Positions 12,129-25,271 of a stretch of 64,000 nucleotides of DNA are shown in pieces (positions within the stretch are counted from its first letter, which is position 1; the number at the start of each line of letters is the position of its first letter). This DNA comes from an uncultured Gemmatimonadales bacterium. GTDB taxonomy: Bacteria > Gemmatimonadota > Gemmatimonadetes > Gemmatimonadales > GWC2-71-9. Both the position numbers and the translations under genes were made by a program. The DNA lies in the NCBI GenBank assembly GCA_963739455.1, contig CAVUAK010000002.1:96001-160000 (forward strand). Direction: 5' to 3'. Under the pieces are notes generated by a model. The model saw nothing but the letters and a program-made list of their open reading frames with translations. It made no database searches and was not told the origin of the DNA.

Positions 12129-14432
12129 CTAGTTCGGTCCCGCCACGTCGGCCACCGTCGCCAGCACCCCCTCGAAATCGTTGAAGGTCAGCGACTTCGG
12201 CTTGGACGCAACCTCAGGCAAGGTCACGGTCGACTCCGGTCCCTGTACCAGCACGCGGGTGCGCAGTACGCTGCCGTCGCTCATCTGCACCGTCACTGGC
12301 ACATACATCTTGAAGGTGGGCGCCACCCCTTCCTGCGTCACCCGCAGCGTCGCCTTGAACAGCCCGTTGCCGATATCGTCGATGTTCCAGGCCACCTTGT
12401 AGGTCGGGATCTGTGTGCCCCGCACCCATTCATCGAAGAACCACCCCATTTGCTGGCCGGTGTGCTTCTCCACCATGCGCTGGAGGTCATCCGTGCTGGC
12501 GGATCGTCCATTGTAGGTCGTGAAGAAGTCCTTCATCATGGCCTGGAAGCGGTCTTCCTGCATCGTCTTCAGGTTGATCATCAGGGTCCGCAGCATGTGC
12601 ATGACCCAGGCACCCTTCTGGTAGACGATGACCTGGTAGTCATTGGGGTCCCGCTCGGTGATCACCCGGAACCCGAGCGAAATGGGCCCCGCCTCATCAC
12701 TGCGATCGATGATCGACGCCTTCCAGGTCTTGAGCTGGTTGAAGTAGGGCTTCGGCTCCTTCCGCACTACCTGCAGGTACCAGAGGCCCGAGAACGTCGA
12801 CATCCCCTCGCTCAGCCACTGGTCGCGGTACGAGGCGAAGTCCACCCCGATGCCCCACCACTGGTGCGCGACTTCATGCGCCCGGAACACCTCGTCCGCT
12901 CCCGAGCGGCTCGTCGCGACGAAGGTGACGTAGGACAGGTTGATGAACCCGGGGAACGCCTCGCCGTGAAGCTCCGCGATCTCCGTCGCATAGAAGTGGT
13001 TGACCCCGAGCTCCCCGTAGACCGTCCGGTAGAACTGCAGCGCCGCGGAAACGTCCGCGCCGACCCGCTTCTCCATTGACTTCTCCTGCAGCCCCTCCTG
13101 AGCGAACGCCCGGTGCGCATTCTCGTTCCAGAGCACCGTCACGTCGGGGGCCGGCGGATTGTTCACCTCGGTCGCCTTGAACAGGCCGAAGTTGAACGAC
13201 GCATTGCGCATCGGCGCCGTCGACACCCATCGGGTCGTGACCATGTTGCCCGACACCGACGAGTCTTTCAGTTCACCCACGCTCACCAGCGTGTACACCT
13301 TCGGCGAGTGGAAGGTCAGGTCGAAGGTCGCCTTGGAGCGCTCCTCCATCGGTTGCGGATACCAGGCCGTCGAGGTGCGGATGAAGAAGAAGTCGGCGAG
13401 CCGGTCGGTCACGTCGCCGTGGTACGCCATCCGCAGGATCAGGCTGTCACCCGGCGCCAGGCGCTTCGGCAGCTTCACCCACACGACATCGCTGTTCTTC
13501 GGCTTGTATACATCGGCCGGCGATCCGTCGGACCACGACGCCGAGTCCACCTTGAGCTTCGTGAAGAGCGTGAAGGGCACCCATCCCGTCGCCGGCTGGT
13601 CAGCCTCCAGCGTCATGGCCGCCTTGGCCTGGAAGTCGACGTCGGCGGTGATGGTGTTCGGCATCAATGTCTCGATGACGTAGTGCCTGATCTCCACGTC
13701 GCCCTGCCGGCCTTCCCCCGCCGGGATCTGCCTTTCCGCGGATCCCGGCACCCGTACGGCCCCCGCTCCCACGCCGACGTATCCCATTCCCTTGGACTTG
13801 CTCAGGATGCGTACGCCTTCGCGCACATTGGGGTTGGACGCGAACATGAAGGGTGCGCCCGATGGGCGCGTCACGTAGGCGTAGAAGATGCCGTTCGGCG
13901 CCCCGTTGAGCATCAGCGCCATGAGGTCGGTGTCCAGCTGGCGGTCGCTCTCGTCACCGACGTAGTCCAGCGCCTGCCGCACGCTGCTGCGCATGCTGGG
14001 AACCGCGCCAGCACCGCTCTTGCTGCCTGCCTGGAGTGCCTCGCAAATGGAGTCGGAGAAGAACATCACCAGTTCGGTGATGGGAATGTCGACGCGCGGT
14101 GACCCGAGGAGTTTCTGCAACCGGTCCTGCTCTGCCTGCGCGCCGGGATCGAACTTGAAGTGCCCGGTTCCCTGCCACACGGCGCCGACGATACGTCCAT
14201 CAATCGGCGCCAGGAATACCAGCTGGCCGGTACTGAGCTCGAATTGCGCCTGTTCCCGGGCGATCACGAAGTTGCGCACTTCGGCCGAAGTCGCGCTCGC
14301 CGGCATCAGGTCCCACACCGCCGCGAACCGGGCCTCGAACTCCTTCGGAGCCTGTCCTTCCACGGGCGACGCCAGCACAGTCAGCCAACCGGTGGCGGAA
14401 GCACACGCCAGGAGTCGACAGAAGGCTGACAT
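12129..14432 (-). CDS. Secreted M1-family (gluzincin) aminopeptidase
   Basis: AHEVAHQWW...WLSEG (HEXXH-X18-E) and YQKGAWVMHML; signal peptide. Confidence 0.85.
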   Translation of the reverse strand: MSAFCRLLACASATGWLTVLASPVEGQAPKEFEARFAAVWDLMPASATSAEVRNFVIAREQAQFELSTGQLVFLAPIDGRIVGAVWQGTGHFKFDPGAQAEQDRLQKLLGSPRVDIPITELVMFFSDSICEALQAGSKSGAGAVPSMRSSVRQALDYVGDESDRQLDTDLMALMLNGAPNGIFYAYVTRPSGAPFMFASNPNVREGVRILSKSKGMGYVGVGAGAVRVPGSAERQIPAGEGRQGDVEIRHYVIETLMPNTITADVDFQAKAAMTLEADQPATGWVPFTLFTKLKVDSASWSDGSPADVYKPKNSDVVWVKLPKRLAPGDSLILRMAYHGDVTDRLADFFFIRTSTAWYPQPMEERSKATFDLTFHSPKVYTLVSVGELKDSSVSGNMVTTRWVSTAPMRNASFNFGLFKATEVNNPPAPDVTVLWNENAHRAFAQEGLQEKSMEKRVGADVSAALQFYRTVYGELGVNHFYATEIAELHGEAFPGFINLSYVTFVATSRSGADEVFRAHEVAHQWWGIGVDFASYRDQWLSEGMSTFSGLWYLQVVRKEPKPYFNQLKTWKASIIDRSDEAGPISLGFRVITERDPNDYQVIVYQKGAWVMHMLRTLMINLKTMQEDRFQAMMKDFFTTYNGRSASTDDLQRMVEKHTGQQMGWFFDEWVRGTQIPTYKVAWNIDDIGNGLFKATLRVTQEGVAPTFKMYVPVTVQMSDGSVLRTRVLVQGPESTVTLPEVASKPKSLTFNDFEGVLATVADVAGPN

Positions 14433-14435
14433 CGG

Positions 14436-14991
14436 TCAGCTCCTCTTCCCGCGACCTCGCCCTCGACCCCGGGCCGGTCTCCGGGGTGCCGCCGCCTCCC
14501 GGCTGCCGTCCTCTGTCACCACCGCGCCCTCCGGCAGCGCGATGTCCAGCTTCCGAAGTCCCTCGTACAGCACCACGCTCACGGCATTCGCCAGGTTCAG
14601 GCTCCGCACGTCGCCCGGCATCGGGATCCGGTAGCACCGTTCCGGGTGCTTCTCCAGGATCCGCGCCGGCAAGTCCGTCCGTCTCGTTGCCGAAGATCAG
14701 CACGCTGTTCGCCTTGAACGGCGCGTGCCGATAGTCCTGCGCTGCGTTCGCGGAGAAGTACAGGCACCGGTCGCGGCTGATCGCATCCCGGAACGCGAAC
14801 CAGTTCTCGTGCACCCAGAGATCGGTCTTGTCCCAGTAGTCGAGCCCCGCTCGCTTCACGTCCTTCTCGTCCAGCGAGAAGCCGAGGGGCCCGATCAGGT
14901 GCAGCGGCGTGTCGGCGGCGGCGCACAGGCGCGCGATGTTCCCCGTGTTGGGAGGAATGCGCGGTTCGATGAGGGCGACGTTGAGGGGCAT
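14436..14991 (-). CDS. trmL: tRNA (cytidine/uridine-34 2'-O)-methyltransferase (indel near 14675)
   Basis: PRIPPNTGNIARLC, KRAGLDYW, FGNET and RSLNLAN SPOUT motifs. Confidence 0.9.
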
Positions 14992-15028
14992 GGGGTTGGG
15001 GAAAAAGGTTGCCGGGAGACGGCTTCGC

Positions 15029-16067
15029 TCATCCGCCCCTCGTGTGCATCTCGCGCCGCGGATCGGCACGGAGACCCTCCACCTGGTACAGCACGCCCCG
15101 GCTCGGGGCGGCCAGCCTCGCCTCCGCTCCCCGGTCCGTGCGCGCGCGCCACCGTTCACGGATGAGGCCCGCCAGCTCCTCGTCCGATGCACCGCTCCGC
15201 AACGGCTCGCGCAGGTCGATGCCCTCGTCGGCGTACAGGCACAGGAGCCACGTCCCGTCGGCCGTCACCCTGCTCCGGTCGCATGACCGGCAGAAGGGCG
15301 CCGTGGTCGATGCGATGATGCCGAACGTGAGTCCATCCTGGAGGCGGTAGCGTTCCGCCGGTGCCGGACCGTCGTCGTGCAGCGTGTCGACGGCGCCGTA
15401 CTTCGCGCGATCATGGACAGCATCTGCTTCCCGCGACACCACGTCGTCCATCGACCACTGTGTTGCACCGCCCACGTCCATGTACTCGATGAACCGCGAC
15501 TCGGCGCCGTGCTGCCCGGCTGAACTCCAGCAGGTCGGTCATCTCGTCGTCGTTGAATCCGCGGATCACCACCGTGTTGAGCTTGGTTCCGCCGAAGCCC
15601 GCCTCGCGTGCCGCACGGATGCCGTCGATCGTGTCGGCATGGTGCACGGTGCGCGAGAACGCCAGCGCCCGCTCCGGCCGGAGCGTATCGAGACTCACCG
15701 TGACCCGGTCGAGGCCCGCCTCGCGCAGCTCGCGGGCATGACGCCGCAGCAGGAGCCCATTGGTCGTCATCGCGATCTCGTCCACCCCATCCACCGTGCC
15801 GAGGTCGCGCACCAGCTCGTGCAGGCCGTGACGGAGCAGCGGCTCGCCACCGGTCAGGCGAACCTTGTGCACCCCCAGCGACGCGAACACGCGCGTCACG
15901 CGCACAAGCTCCTCGAACGTCAGCAGCGAGGCCCGCGGCAGCCACGCGTACTCGTCCTCCGGCATGCAGTAGCGGCAGCGCATGTTGCACCGGTCGGTCA
16001 CCGAGAGCCGGAGACTGCCGAGAGGCCGCGCAAATTGGTCGCGAACGGGGGTACGGGTGGGGGCCAT
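15029..16067 (-). CDS. moaA: GTP 3',8-cyclase (indels near 15420-15520)
   Basis: LRLSVTDRCNMRCRYC, TGGEP, PFCRSCDR...CLY and C-terminal RGG. Confidence 0.92.
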
Positions 16068-16071
16068 TCGG

Positions 16072-16500
16072 CTAGAAGGATACACCTTCCGGCGCCGTCG
16101 GATCGACCCACCCGGCCGTGCCATCGACGTAGTGCTCGCGCTTCCAGATCGGCACCCGGCGCTTGACCTCCTCGATCACGAACCGGCAGGCCTCGAAGGC
16201 GGCATCGCGGTGCGGCGCGGCAGCCACCACGATCACGGCAACATCGCCCACCTCGAGCGTCCCGACCCGGTGCTCCGCCGCCACCCTGGCCGGCCAGCGC
16301 GCCTCCGCTTCCTCGACGATCCGGGCAAACTCCAGGTCAGCCATCGGGCCATAGGCACTGTACTCGAGGCGCAGGACCGCGCGGCCGGCGTGGTGATTCC
16401 GTACCGCCCCGACGAACGTCACCACGCCGCCCCGCTCGGCGCTCACTACCTGGTGCGCCACGGTACGGACGTCGAGCGCCTGGTCCTTCAGGTAGCTCAT
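16072..16500 (-). CDS. moaE: Molybdopterin synthase catalytic subunit
   Basis: GGVVTFVGAVR, HRVG and PIWKRE motifs. Confidence 0.93.
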   Translation of the reverse strand: MSYLKDQALDVRTVAHQVVSAERGGVVTFVGAVRNHHAGRAVLRLEYSAYGPMADLEFARIVEEAEARWPARVAAEHRVGTLEVGDVAVIVVAAAPHRDAAFEACRFVIEEVKRRVPIWKREHYVDGTAGWVDPTAPEGVSF

Positions 16501-16502
16501 CG

Positions 16503-16750
16503 TCACCCTCCAGCAAGCGGCGGGAGCACCGCGAGCTCGTCGCCATCCTCAAGCACCGTGTCGAGTTGCGCATGAACCTGGTTGCGCGCCACCAGCGGCG
16601 ACGGTGGCAACTGCGCGCCGCCCGCCATTCGCTCGAAGAGTGTCGAGTACTGTGCGGACAGTGGCTGGCTGCGCTGATCTCGACAGTGAGCTCAGTCTGC
16701 CCCAGCAGCTCCGCATACCGTGCGAACAGCAGCACTCTCACTCGGGTCAT
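16503..16750 (-). CDS. moaD: Molybdopterin synthase sulfur carrier (indels)
   Basis: VRVLLFARYAE N-terminus; ends LPPLAGG* (di-Gly) in another frame. Confidence 0.85.
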
Positions 16751-16805
16751 CCTGCCGCCTGCAGCTTGTCGCCTGTGTCCATATCCCAAACCTACAAGGA
16801 CTTAC

Positions 16806-16840
16806 AAAAAAGAACGGGGCCGCACCTGAGTGCAGCCCCG
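16806..16840 (-). terminator. Putative intrinsic terminator after the HU gene
   Basis: Imperfect GC hairpin followed by TTCTTTTTT on the minus strand. Confidence 0.6.
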
Positions 16841-16859
16841 CAGAATTCGCTCACACAAG

Positions 16860-17201
16860 TTACTCCTCGACTCCGTCTCCCTGCTCCGACGACGGAATGA
16901 ACTCGCCGTCCTCTGCCACCAAAGCCCGCAACTCCTTGCTGGGCTTGAACACCGGCACCGGACGGGCGGCAACTTCCACCGGCTCACCCGTCCGCGGATT
17001 GCGCGCCATGCGCGTCTTCCGCTTCCGGATCTTGAAGGTACCGAAACCGCGTACCTCGATGTTGTGCTGTTCTTTAAGGGCATGCTTCACGGCATCGAGG
17101 AACGCATCGACGACGCGGGCACAGTCCTTCTTCGAGATCATCGGGCCCGATGTGCGGGCAATCGATGCTGTGACCTGCTCGACAAGATCGGCTTTGGTCA
17201 T
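16860..17201 (-). CDS. HU/IHF-family DNA-binding protein
   Basis: MTKADLV...GFGTF...ARNPRTGE...PVFKPSKEL. Confidence 0.95.
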   Translation of the reverse strand: MTKADLVEQVTASIARTSGPMISKKDCARVVDAFLDAVKHALKEQHNIEVRGFGTFKIRKRKTRMARNPRTGEPVEVAARPVPVFKPSKELRALVAEDGEFIPSSEQGDGVEE

Positions 17202-17271
17202 GCATCCCCCGGGAAAGACAACATGTAGCTCAGGTGAGCAGAGGCTCTCTAGAGCAGCCCATATGAGGCCG

Positions 17272-17300
17272 ATTCTAGGAGCTTAAGTGTTGTCTGTCAA
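17272..17300 (-). promoter_or_regulatory. Near-consensus sigma70 promoter of the HU/IHF gene
   Basis: TTGACA-N17-TAGAAT. Confidence 0.75.
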
Positions 17301-17322
17301 GGGGTTGGGGGTTTTGGGGCCC

Positions 17323-18411
17323 TCAACCGAGCAGCGCGCGGCGGAACTGGTCGAAGTGCGGATAGGCGTCGTGCGGACCCGGAGCGGCCTCCGGGTGATA
17401 CTGCACTGCGAACACCGGAAGCTCACGATGACGCAGTCCTTCGACCGTGCCATCGTTGAGATTGATGTGCGTAACCTCGAGGTCTGGTGCCCCTGGAATG
17501 CCGTTTTCGTCTCCCGAGACGGCGAATCCATGGTTCTGCGTGGTGATAAGCACATGCCCCGTCAGGAGATCACGCACCGGATGGTTTCCGCCCCGGTGCC
17601 CATAGGGGAGCTTGACCGTCTCGCCCCCGAATGCGAGGCCGATCAACTGGTGCCCGAGGCAGATGCCGAAGGTGGGAAGCCCCGCCTGGGCCAGTTCCCG
17701 AATCGTCCCGGCCGCGTAAGTCACTGCGGCAGGATCGCCTGGACCATTCGAGAGGAAGATCCCCTTGGGGTTCATCGCCTTGACCTGGTCCGCCGTCGTC
17801 TCGGCCGGGACCACGGCGACCTTCATCCCCTGGTCGACCAGCATCCGCACGATGTTCCGCTTCATCCCGTAGTCGAACGCCACCACGAGCGGACCCTCAC
17901 CCTCGATGTGCGTGGCCTCTACCGTCGCCCTGGAGGCCAGGTCCAGCCCTTCCATCGACGGAGAGGCCATCAGCTGCCGGATCAGCTCAGGCGTCGGCTC
18001 GGCGCCCTCAGCGATGACGCCACGCATGGCGCCCCGCTCGCGCAGGTGCCGCGTCAGCCGGCGCGTGTCGACGCCCTCGATCAGCGGGACACCTGCGTCC
18101 GCAAGCCATTCACCGAGGCCCGTTTCCGCGCGCCAACTGGAGTAATTTCGCGAGAGCTCCCGGCAGACGACCCCGCTCACCTGGGGACGCCGGGACTCCA
18201 TGTCCTCGAAGTTCACCCCGTAGTTGCCGATCATCGGGGCGGTCATGACAATGATCTGCCCGAGGAAGCTCGGGTCAGTAAACGTTTCCTGGTAGCCGGT
18301 AAGGTTGGTGGTGAAAACCACTTCACCGAAGGCGGGGCTGATGGAACGTGGCGCCGTGCCGGCAAACCACGTTCCATCCTCGAGCAGGACGAACGCCGGG
18401 GCTTCCGCCAC
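17323..18411 (-). CDS. carA: Carbamoyl-phosphate synthase small subunit
   Basis: [25 protein letters not shown] and [12 protein letters not shown]. Confidence 0.96.
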   Translation of the reverse strand: MAEAPAFVLLEDGTWFAGTAPRSISPAFGEVVFTTNLTGYQETFTDPSFLGQIIVMTAPMIGNYGVNFEDMESRRPQVSGVVCRELSRNYSSWRAETGLGEWLADAGVPLIEGVDTRRLTRHLRERGAMRGVIAEGAEPTPELIRQLMASPSMEGLDLASRATVEATHIEGEGPLVVAFDYGMKRNIVRMLVDQGMKVAVVPAETTADQVKAMNPKGIFLSNGPGDPAAVTYAAGTIRELAQAGLPTFGICLGHQLIGLAFGGETVKLPYGHRGGNHPVRDLLTGHVLITTQNHGFAVSGDENGIPGAPDLEVTHINLNDGTVEGLRHRELPVFAVQYHPEAAPGPHDAYPHFDQFRRALLG

Positions 18412-18439
18412 TATGCCCGGGGTTCCGTGCTCGAGGTCA

Positions 18440-18860
18440 TCACTTCGACGCGGGCGCCGGAGCGGCCGGAGCCGTCGTCGCGGGGGCCGGCGCCGTAGCG
18501 GCAGGGGCCGCCGCGCCTGGTGCTGCCGTTCCCGGTGCCGGGGTCAGGCCCTGCAGCGGTGACGGACCACTCGGCCCCTCGCTCGTCGGTGGCGCCGACT
18601 GGCGCAGCTGCTGCTGCAGGTCGCTGCCGCCCGCGCCCCGATGCATGACGGACAGCAGGAGTGACAGCGCCAGGAAGATCCCGCCGCACCACCAGGACAG
18701 CTTGGTCAGAATGGTCGACTGCCTGACGCCCGCCCAGGACGGACTCGGTACCGGCGCCGCCCATCGTGGCAAGGCCGCCGCCCTGCCCCGCCTGCAGCAG
18801 CACGACTACCGACAGCAGGAGCGCGTCGAGAATCAGGAGCACCAGCAGAAACGTGTACAT
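18440..18860 (-). CDS. secG: Preprotein translocase subunit SecG (indel near 18720)
   Basis: [12 protein letters not shown]...LTKLSWW; directly after tpiA. Confidence 0.85.
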
Positions 18861-18924
18861 GGTCAGTCCCAGTATGTGAAAAAGCCCCCAAACCTAGTCA
18901 CCGATTGGGCTTGGGGCAACGCTT

Positions 18925-19674
18925 CTACGTTCCCGCGGCCACCAGGCCTGCCCAGCCGGCCGCCTCGAGACTCGCTCCACCCACCAGCACGCCGTCGATC
19001 TCGTCCTCAGCCATCAGGCCGGCGACGTTGGCGAGATTGACGGACCCACCATAGAGCACGGGCACTCGACCCGGTACCCGATGCTCCTGGAAGACCGTAC
19101 GGATGACGCGATGCACTTCGGCCGCGTCCTGTGGTCGCGCGACCCGCCCGGTGCCGATGGCCCATACCGGCTCGTATGCCACCAGGAGTTCCGAGGCTTC
19201 AGTGACCGTGAGCTCCGTGAGGACAGCCCGCAGCTGGCGACGCACCACGTCGCTGGTGTGCCCCGCCTCCCGTTCCGGCAGCTTCTCGCCCACGCACAGC
19301 ATCGGTATCAGGCGCTGTGCGATGAGTGCCTTCACCTTTTTCGCGGTCTCCGCGTCCGTCTCACCGAACACGTGCCGGCGCTCCGAGTGGCCGACGAGCG
19401 CACCCTTCCCGCCACATCCGGCCACCATGAGTGGCGAGGTCTCGCCGGTGAAGGCGCCTTTCGCCTCCCAGTACACGTTCTGGGCGCCGACCGCGACGTC
19501 GGGCCGTCGAGCGAAGGTCTCTGCCGTTGCGGCCAGTGATACCGCCGGCGGGAAGAACCACAGGTCGCGCCCGTCGATCGGCGGCGACAGTTCCTCGAAC
19601 TGGAGCGCAAAACTCGCGGCCGCAAACGGGTCGTGATGCATCTTCCAGTTGGCCGCGAAGATTCGCCGGCGCAT
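18925..19674 (-). CDS. tpiA: Triosephosphate isomerase
   Basis: ANWKM, GHSERR, AYEPVWAIGTG and YGGSV. Confidence 0.96.
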   Translation of the reverse strand: MRRRIFAANWKMHHDPFAAASFALQFEELSPPIDGRDLWFFPPAVSLAATAETFARRPDVAVGAQNVYWEAKGAFTGETSPLMVAGCGGKGALVGHSERRHVFGETDAETAKKVKALIAQRLIPMLCVGEKLPEREAGHTSDVVRRQLRAVLTELTVTEASELLVAYEPVWAIGTGRVARPQDAAEVHRVIRTVFQEHRVPGRVPVLYGGSVNLANVAGLMAEDEIDGVLVGGASLEAAGWAGLVAAGT

Positions 19675-20884
19675 CAGGCGTCGTCCAGCGCGGCAACGCC
19701 CGGGCAGCACCTTGCCCTCGAGGAATTCGAGTGCGGCGCCCGCCGCCGGTCGACACGTGCGTCATCCTGTCCTCGAGTCCCGCAACTGCCACTGCGGCCG
19801 CCGAGTCGCCGCCACCGACCACCGTGACCGCGCCCTTCCGGTCGCGTCGGCCATCGCCCGCGCCACCGCCAGCGTGCCGTGATCGAAGGGCGGCGTCTCG
19901 AACACCCCCATCGGCCCGTTCCACACGACCGTGCCGGCCGCGAGGATCCGGCGTGCGAAAGTCGGCCTCGGTGGCGGGATCGATGTCGAACATCGCCCAG
20001 CCGGCGGGGATCTGGTCGCGCGGCACCGCCCGGGTCGCCGCACCCGCCTCCAGCTTCTGCGCGATCACCGCACCGCTCGGCAGCACCAGCTTCTTCCCCG
20101 CCTTCTGCATGAGGTCGCGCGCCATGTCGACGCGCTCCGCCTCCACCAGCGAGTTGCCCGTCTCGAGTCCCATCGCGCGGAAGAAGGTGCACGCCATGGC
20201 GCCGCCGATGAGGATCTCGTCCACCTTGGGCAGCAGCGCCTCGATGAGGTCGATCTTGCCGGAGATCTTGGCGCCACCGAGCACCGCGACGAACGGGCCG
20301 CTTCGGCTGGTCCAGCGCCTCGCCCAGGTACTTGAGCTCCTGCTCCATGAGGAAGCCCATCACCGCCGGCTTGAGCACCCGTGCGACGCCCTCGGTGCTG
20401 GCGTGCGCCCGGTGCGCGGACCCGAACGCGTCGTTCACGTAGAGGTCGCCCAGCCGCGGCGAACTGCTGCGCCAGCTCGCGTCGAGTTCTCTTCCTCGCC
20501 CGGGAAGAACCGCGTGTTCTCGATGACGGCGACACCGCCGCGCGGCAGCCTTTTTGAGGCCGTGATGGATGCCTCGGAGAATGGATCGGTGATGAGCTCG
20601 ACCGGCGCGCCGAGCAACTTCTCGAGTTCACGGACGACCGGCGCGAGCGAGAACTCGGGTCGAAGGCCCCTTCTTGGGACGGCCGAAGTGGGACATCAGG
20701 ATGACGCGCGCGCCCTGGTCGCGCAGGAACTGGATTGTCGGCAGTGCCGCGCGAATCCGGGTGTTGTCGGTGACCAATCCGTCCTTCACCGGGCAGTTGA
20801 AGTCCACCCGCACCAGCGCGCGCTGGCCATCGAGTGCGCGCTGGTTCTCGAACGAGGTGGTGGCGATACCGCGAAGGCCCCTCT

Positions 20885-20888
<4 letters not shown>
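19674..20888 (-). CDS. pgk: Phosphoglycerate kinase (multiple indels)
   Basis: [36 protein letters not shown] and HVSTGGG across frames. Confidence 0.93.
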
Positions 20889-22650
<1,762 letters not shown>

Positions 22651-22667
<17 letters not shown>

Positions 22668-23467
22668 GAACCGCGGCGCGCATGGCCTCGAGTGGCGCCT
22701 GCTTCCCCGGAAACCAGCGCGAAAAGGCCGCTGCCCCCTGGCGCACCAGCACCTCGCGACCGTCGGCCGCGGAGAGTCCCCGCGCGCGCGCGCGACGTAC
22801 CCAGCCCGTCTCGCCCCGGGCGTAGACAAGGTCGAGGGCCGCAACAGCATCAGGGGCCGCGCCGGGGAGAATGGGGTCCGCGTCGCCGGCGCCCAAGTCC
22901 CAGCGGTGTTGCGTTGATCAGCACGCGGCAGTCGGCAGCGTCCGCTGTTTGGACGCCGAGTTGCTGGGCCCAGCTCACGAACTCCGCCGCCCGCGCGGCA
23001 TCGCGCGAGGTCACCGCAATCGCGGCGTTGCGCTCGCGCGCTGCAGCCACCACCGCGCGCGCCGACCCGCCGGTGCCGGCGACCAGCCAGGGACCGTCGG
23101 GCGCGCGAAGGCGGTCGAGCGCGGCGAGGATGCCCTCGATATCGGTGTTGTCCCCGATGACCGGTGCGCTGCCGCCGCCATCGCTCCAGAAGGTGTTGCA
23201 GGCGTCGATGGCCCGGACCCACGCGGATGGCTGGCCTGCGGACCTGGCGGCAAGTGACTTGTGCGGAATGGTGACGTTGCCGCCGCCGCCCGCCATGGAG
23301 AGTGATGCCATCAGCCCCGGCACTTCCGCCGCAGAGCAGCGGAGCGGAACGTAGACCGCGTCGAGGCCGAGCAGGCGGAACGCGGCGTTCTGCATCAGGG
23401 GCGACAGCGAGTGCGCCACCGGATCGCCAAGGATGGCAAAGACGCGCGTCCGGCCGCCGACCCTCAT
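22651..23467 (-). CDS. aroE: Shikimate dehydrogenase (indel near 22890)
   Basis: GDPVAHSLSP, NVTIPHK, NTD, NATPLG and DLVY. Confidence 0.9.
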
Positions 23468-23925
23468 GCGATGCGCTCGCGCTCGAGGCGCTGCACGGTG
23501 GCGGTGAGCAGGTCCTTCAACTGGATATAGGTATTCCGGTAGTCGGTCAGGCTGCCGCCGTACGGATCGGCCACCTCGGCCGCGGCCCCACTCCGCCCGG
23601 CATACTCGCCAAGCAGGAACGCGCGGTCGCCATAGCCGAGGTCGCCCAGCCGCTGCCGGTGCGATCGCGACATCGTGAGCATCAGGTCGGCGGAACTCGC
23701 CAGCTCCGGCGTCAGGACCTGCGCCCGGTGCGCGGAAAGGTCCACACCATCCTCCAGCGCCACGAGGTAGCTCCCCTCGGATGCGGGCGCACCCGCCAAC
23801 GCACCGGTGCCCGCTGATGCCACGGTGATTCCCTCGATGCGGCGCTCCTCGAGGAGGCGACGCAGCAGCGCTTCAGCCAGCGGACTGCGGCAGGTGTTGC
23901 CGGTGCAGACAAACAGGACCTTCAC
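23464..23925 (-). CDS. Low-molecular-weight phosphatase, YwlE-like (probable protein-arginine phosphatase)
   Basis: VLFVCTGNTCRSP P-loop and DPYG acid loop. Confidence 0.85.
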   Translation of the reverse strand: MKVLFVCTGNTCRSPLAEALLRRLLEERRIEGITVASAGTGALAGAPASEGSYLVALEDGVDLSAHRAQVLTPELASSADLMLTMSRSHRQRLGDLGYGDRAFLLGEYAGRSGAAAEVADPYGGSLTDYRNTYIQLKDLLTATVQRLERERIA

Positions 23926-24572
23926 GGGGCAAGTCTCCCGACCATGCGGCGCAATTCGGCGCGCGGAATGGCGCCCTCCCGGATGATGCGCGGGAGCGGC
24001 GCGGTACAGTCCACCAGGGTCGACGGCGGCACGTTGCCCAGTACCCCACCGTCCAGTACGAGCAGTTCTCCCGACGCCTCGGCCTCGCCAAACGTGGCTA
24101 CGATGCCATCGACACCGGGTGCAGTTGGATGCCCAGGCCGGTTGGCAGAGGTGGAGGTGAGCGCGTGCCCCATGAGGCTGATCATGAGTGCGATGTCGCG
24201 CTGCGACGTGTGCCGCACCGCGATGCCTCCCTCGGCGCCGCGCAGTTCCGGTGGCAAGCGCCCCTCGCCACCAGGGAGCACCAGCGTCAGCGGGCCAGGC
24301 CAGCACGCATCGGCCATCGCGCGCGCCGCGGCGTTGAAGTCGAGCGCGTACTCCTCGGCCATCCGGCGGCTCGACACGAGCAGTAGGAACGGCTTCCGCG
24401 GCGGACGCCCTTTCAGGCGCGCCAGGCTCGCCAGCGCTTCCCGGTTCGGCGCAGATCCGAGGCCGTAGACCGTCTCGGTCGGGTACGCGAGAAGGTTGCC
24501 GGCCGCCAGGTGGGCTGCAACTCTCGGCGCCGCCGCACGCGCATCGTCCGCCGTATGGAACGGCAGGATCAC
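23922..24572 (-). CDS. tsaC: L-threonylcarbamoyladenylate synthase (Sua5/YrdC)
   Basis: YPTETVYGL, KGRP, WPGPLTLVL and STSAN. Confidence 0.9.
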   Translation of the reverse strand: MILPFHTADDARAAAPRVAAHLAAGNLLAYPTETVYGLGSAPNREALASLARLKGRPPRKPFLLLVSSRRMAEEYALDFNAAARAMADACWPGPLTLVLPGGEGRLPPELRGAEGGIAVRHTSQRDIALMISLMGHALTSTSANRPGHPTAPGVDGIVATFGEAEASGELLVLDGGVLGNVPPSTLVDCTAPLPRIIREGAIPRAELRRMVGRLAP

Positions 24573-25271
24573 GTGGCGCGCACCGCCAGGTAGTCGGCCA
24601 GTGCCAGGTCCTCCGGCGTCGTGACCTTCAGGTTTCCGGGATCGCCGGCCACGAGACGCACTACTGCCACCCAGTCGCTCGACCAGCGCGGCGTCGTCGG
24701 TGCCAAGCACCCGATCCTCCCTGGCACGCGCATGCGCTTCCTCCAGCACTCGCCGCGGGAACCCCTGCGGCGTCTGGGCCCGGCGCAGCAGTTCCCGGGG
24801 CACGGTCCGCGCAACGCGGTCTGGTTCCGCAGCGTCTGCCTCCTTGATGGTGTCCGTGACCGGAAGCGCCGGGACGATGGCGTGCCCGGCGCGAACGCCG
24901 GCGACGACACGGTCGATCAGCAGCGCATCGACAAAGGGACGCGCCGCATCGTGCACCAGCACGGAGCCGCACACCTCGGGCAACGCTGCGAGACCGGCGG
25001 CCACTGAATCGGCGCGCTCGGCCCCGCCGGCCACCACCGAAAGCATGGAGCCAATGTGAGGCAGGAGCCAGTCAGGTGGTGCGGCAGCGTCCGCGGCGCG
25101 CAACACCACTGCGATGTGTGCCACCGCGGGATGACGTGCGAAGGGCCGGATGGAACGCAGGAGCATGGGGATGCCGGCGATCTCGAGGAACTGCTTGGGC
25201 GTGTCGCTGCCGATCCGCGTCCCCTGGCCCGCGGCAACGATGACGACTCCGACGTCACGCGGCGAGGGCAC
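24569..25271 (-). CDS. ispD: 2-C-methyl-D-erythritol 4-phosphate cytidylyltransferase (indel near 24665)
   Basis: AAGQGTR, PKQF, HDAARP, QTPQGF, TDD and NLKVTTPEDL. Confidence 0.92.

Noticed and set aside
17323..18411. carA without adjacent carB
   Set aside because: Split carA/carB loci are common; carB is probably elsewhere in the genome.
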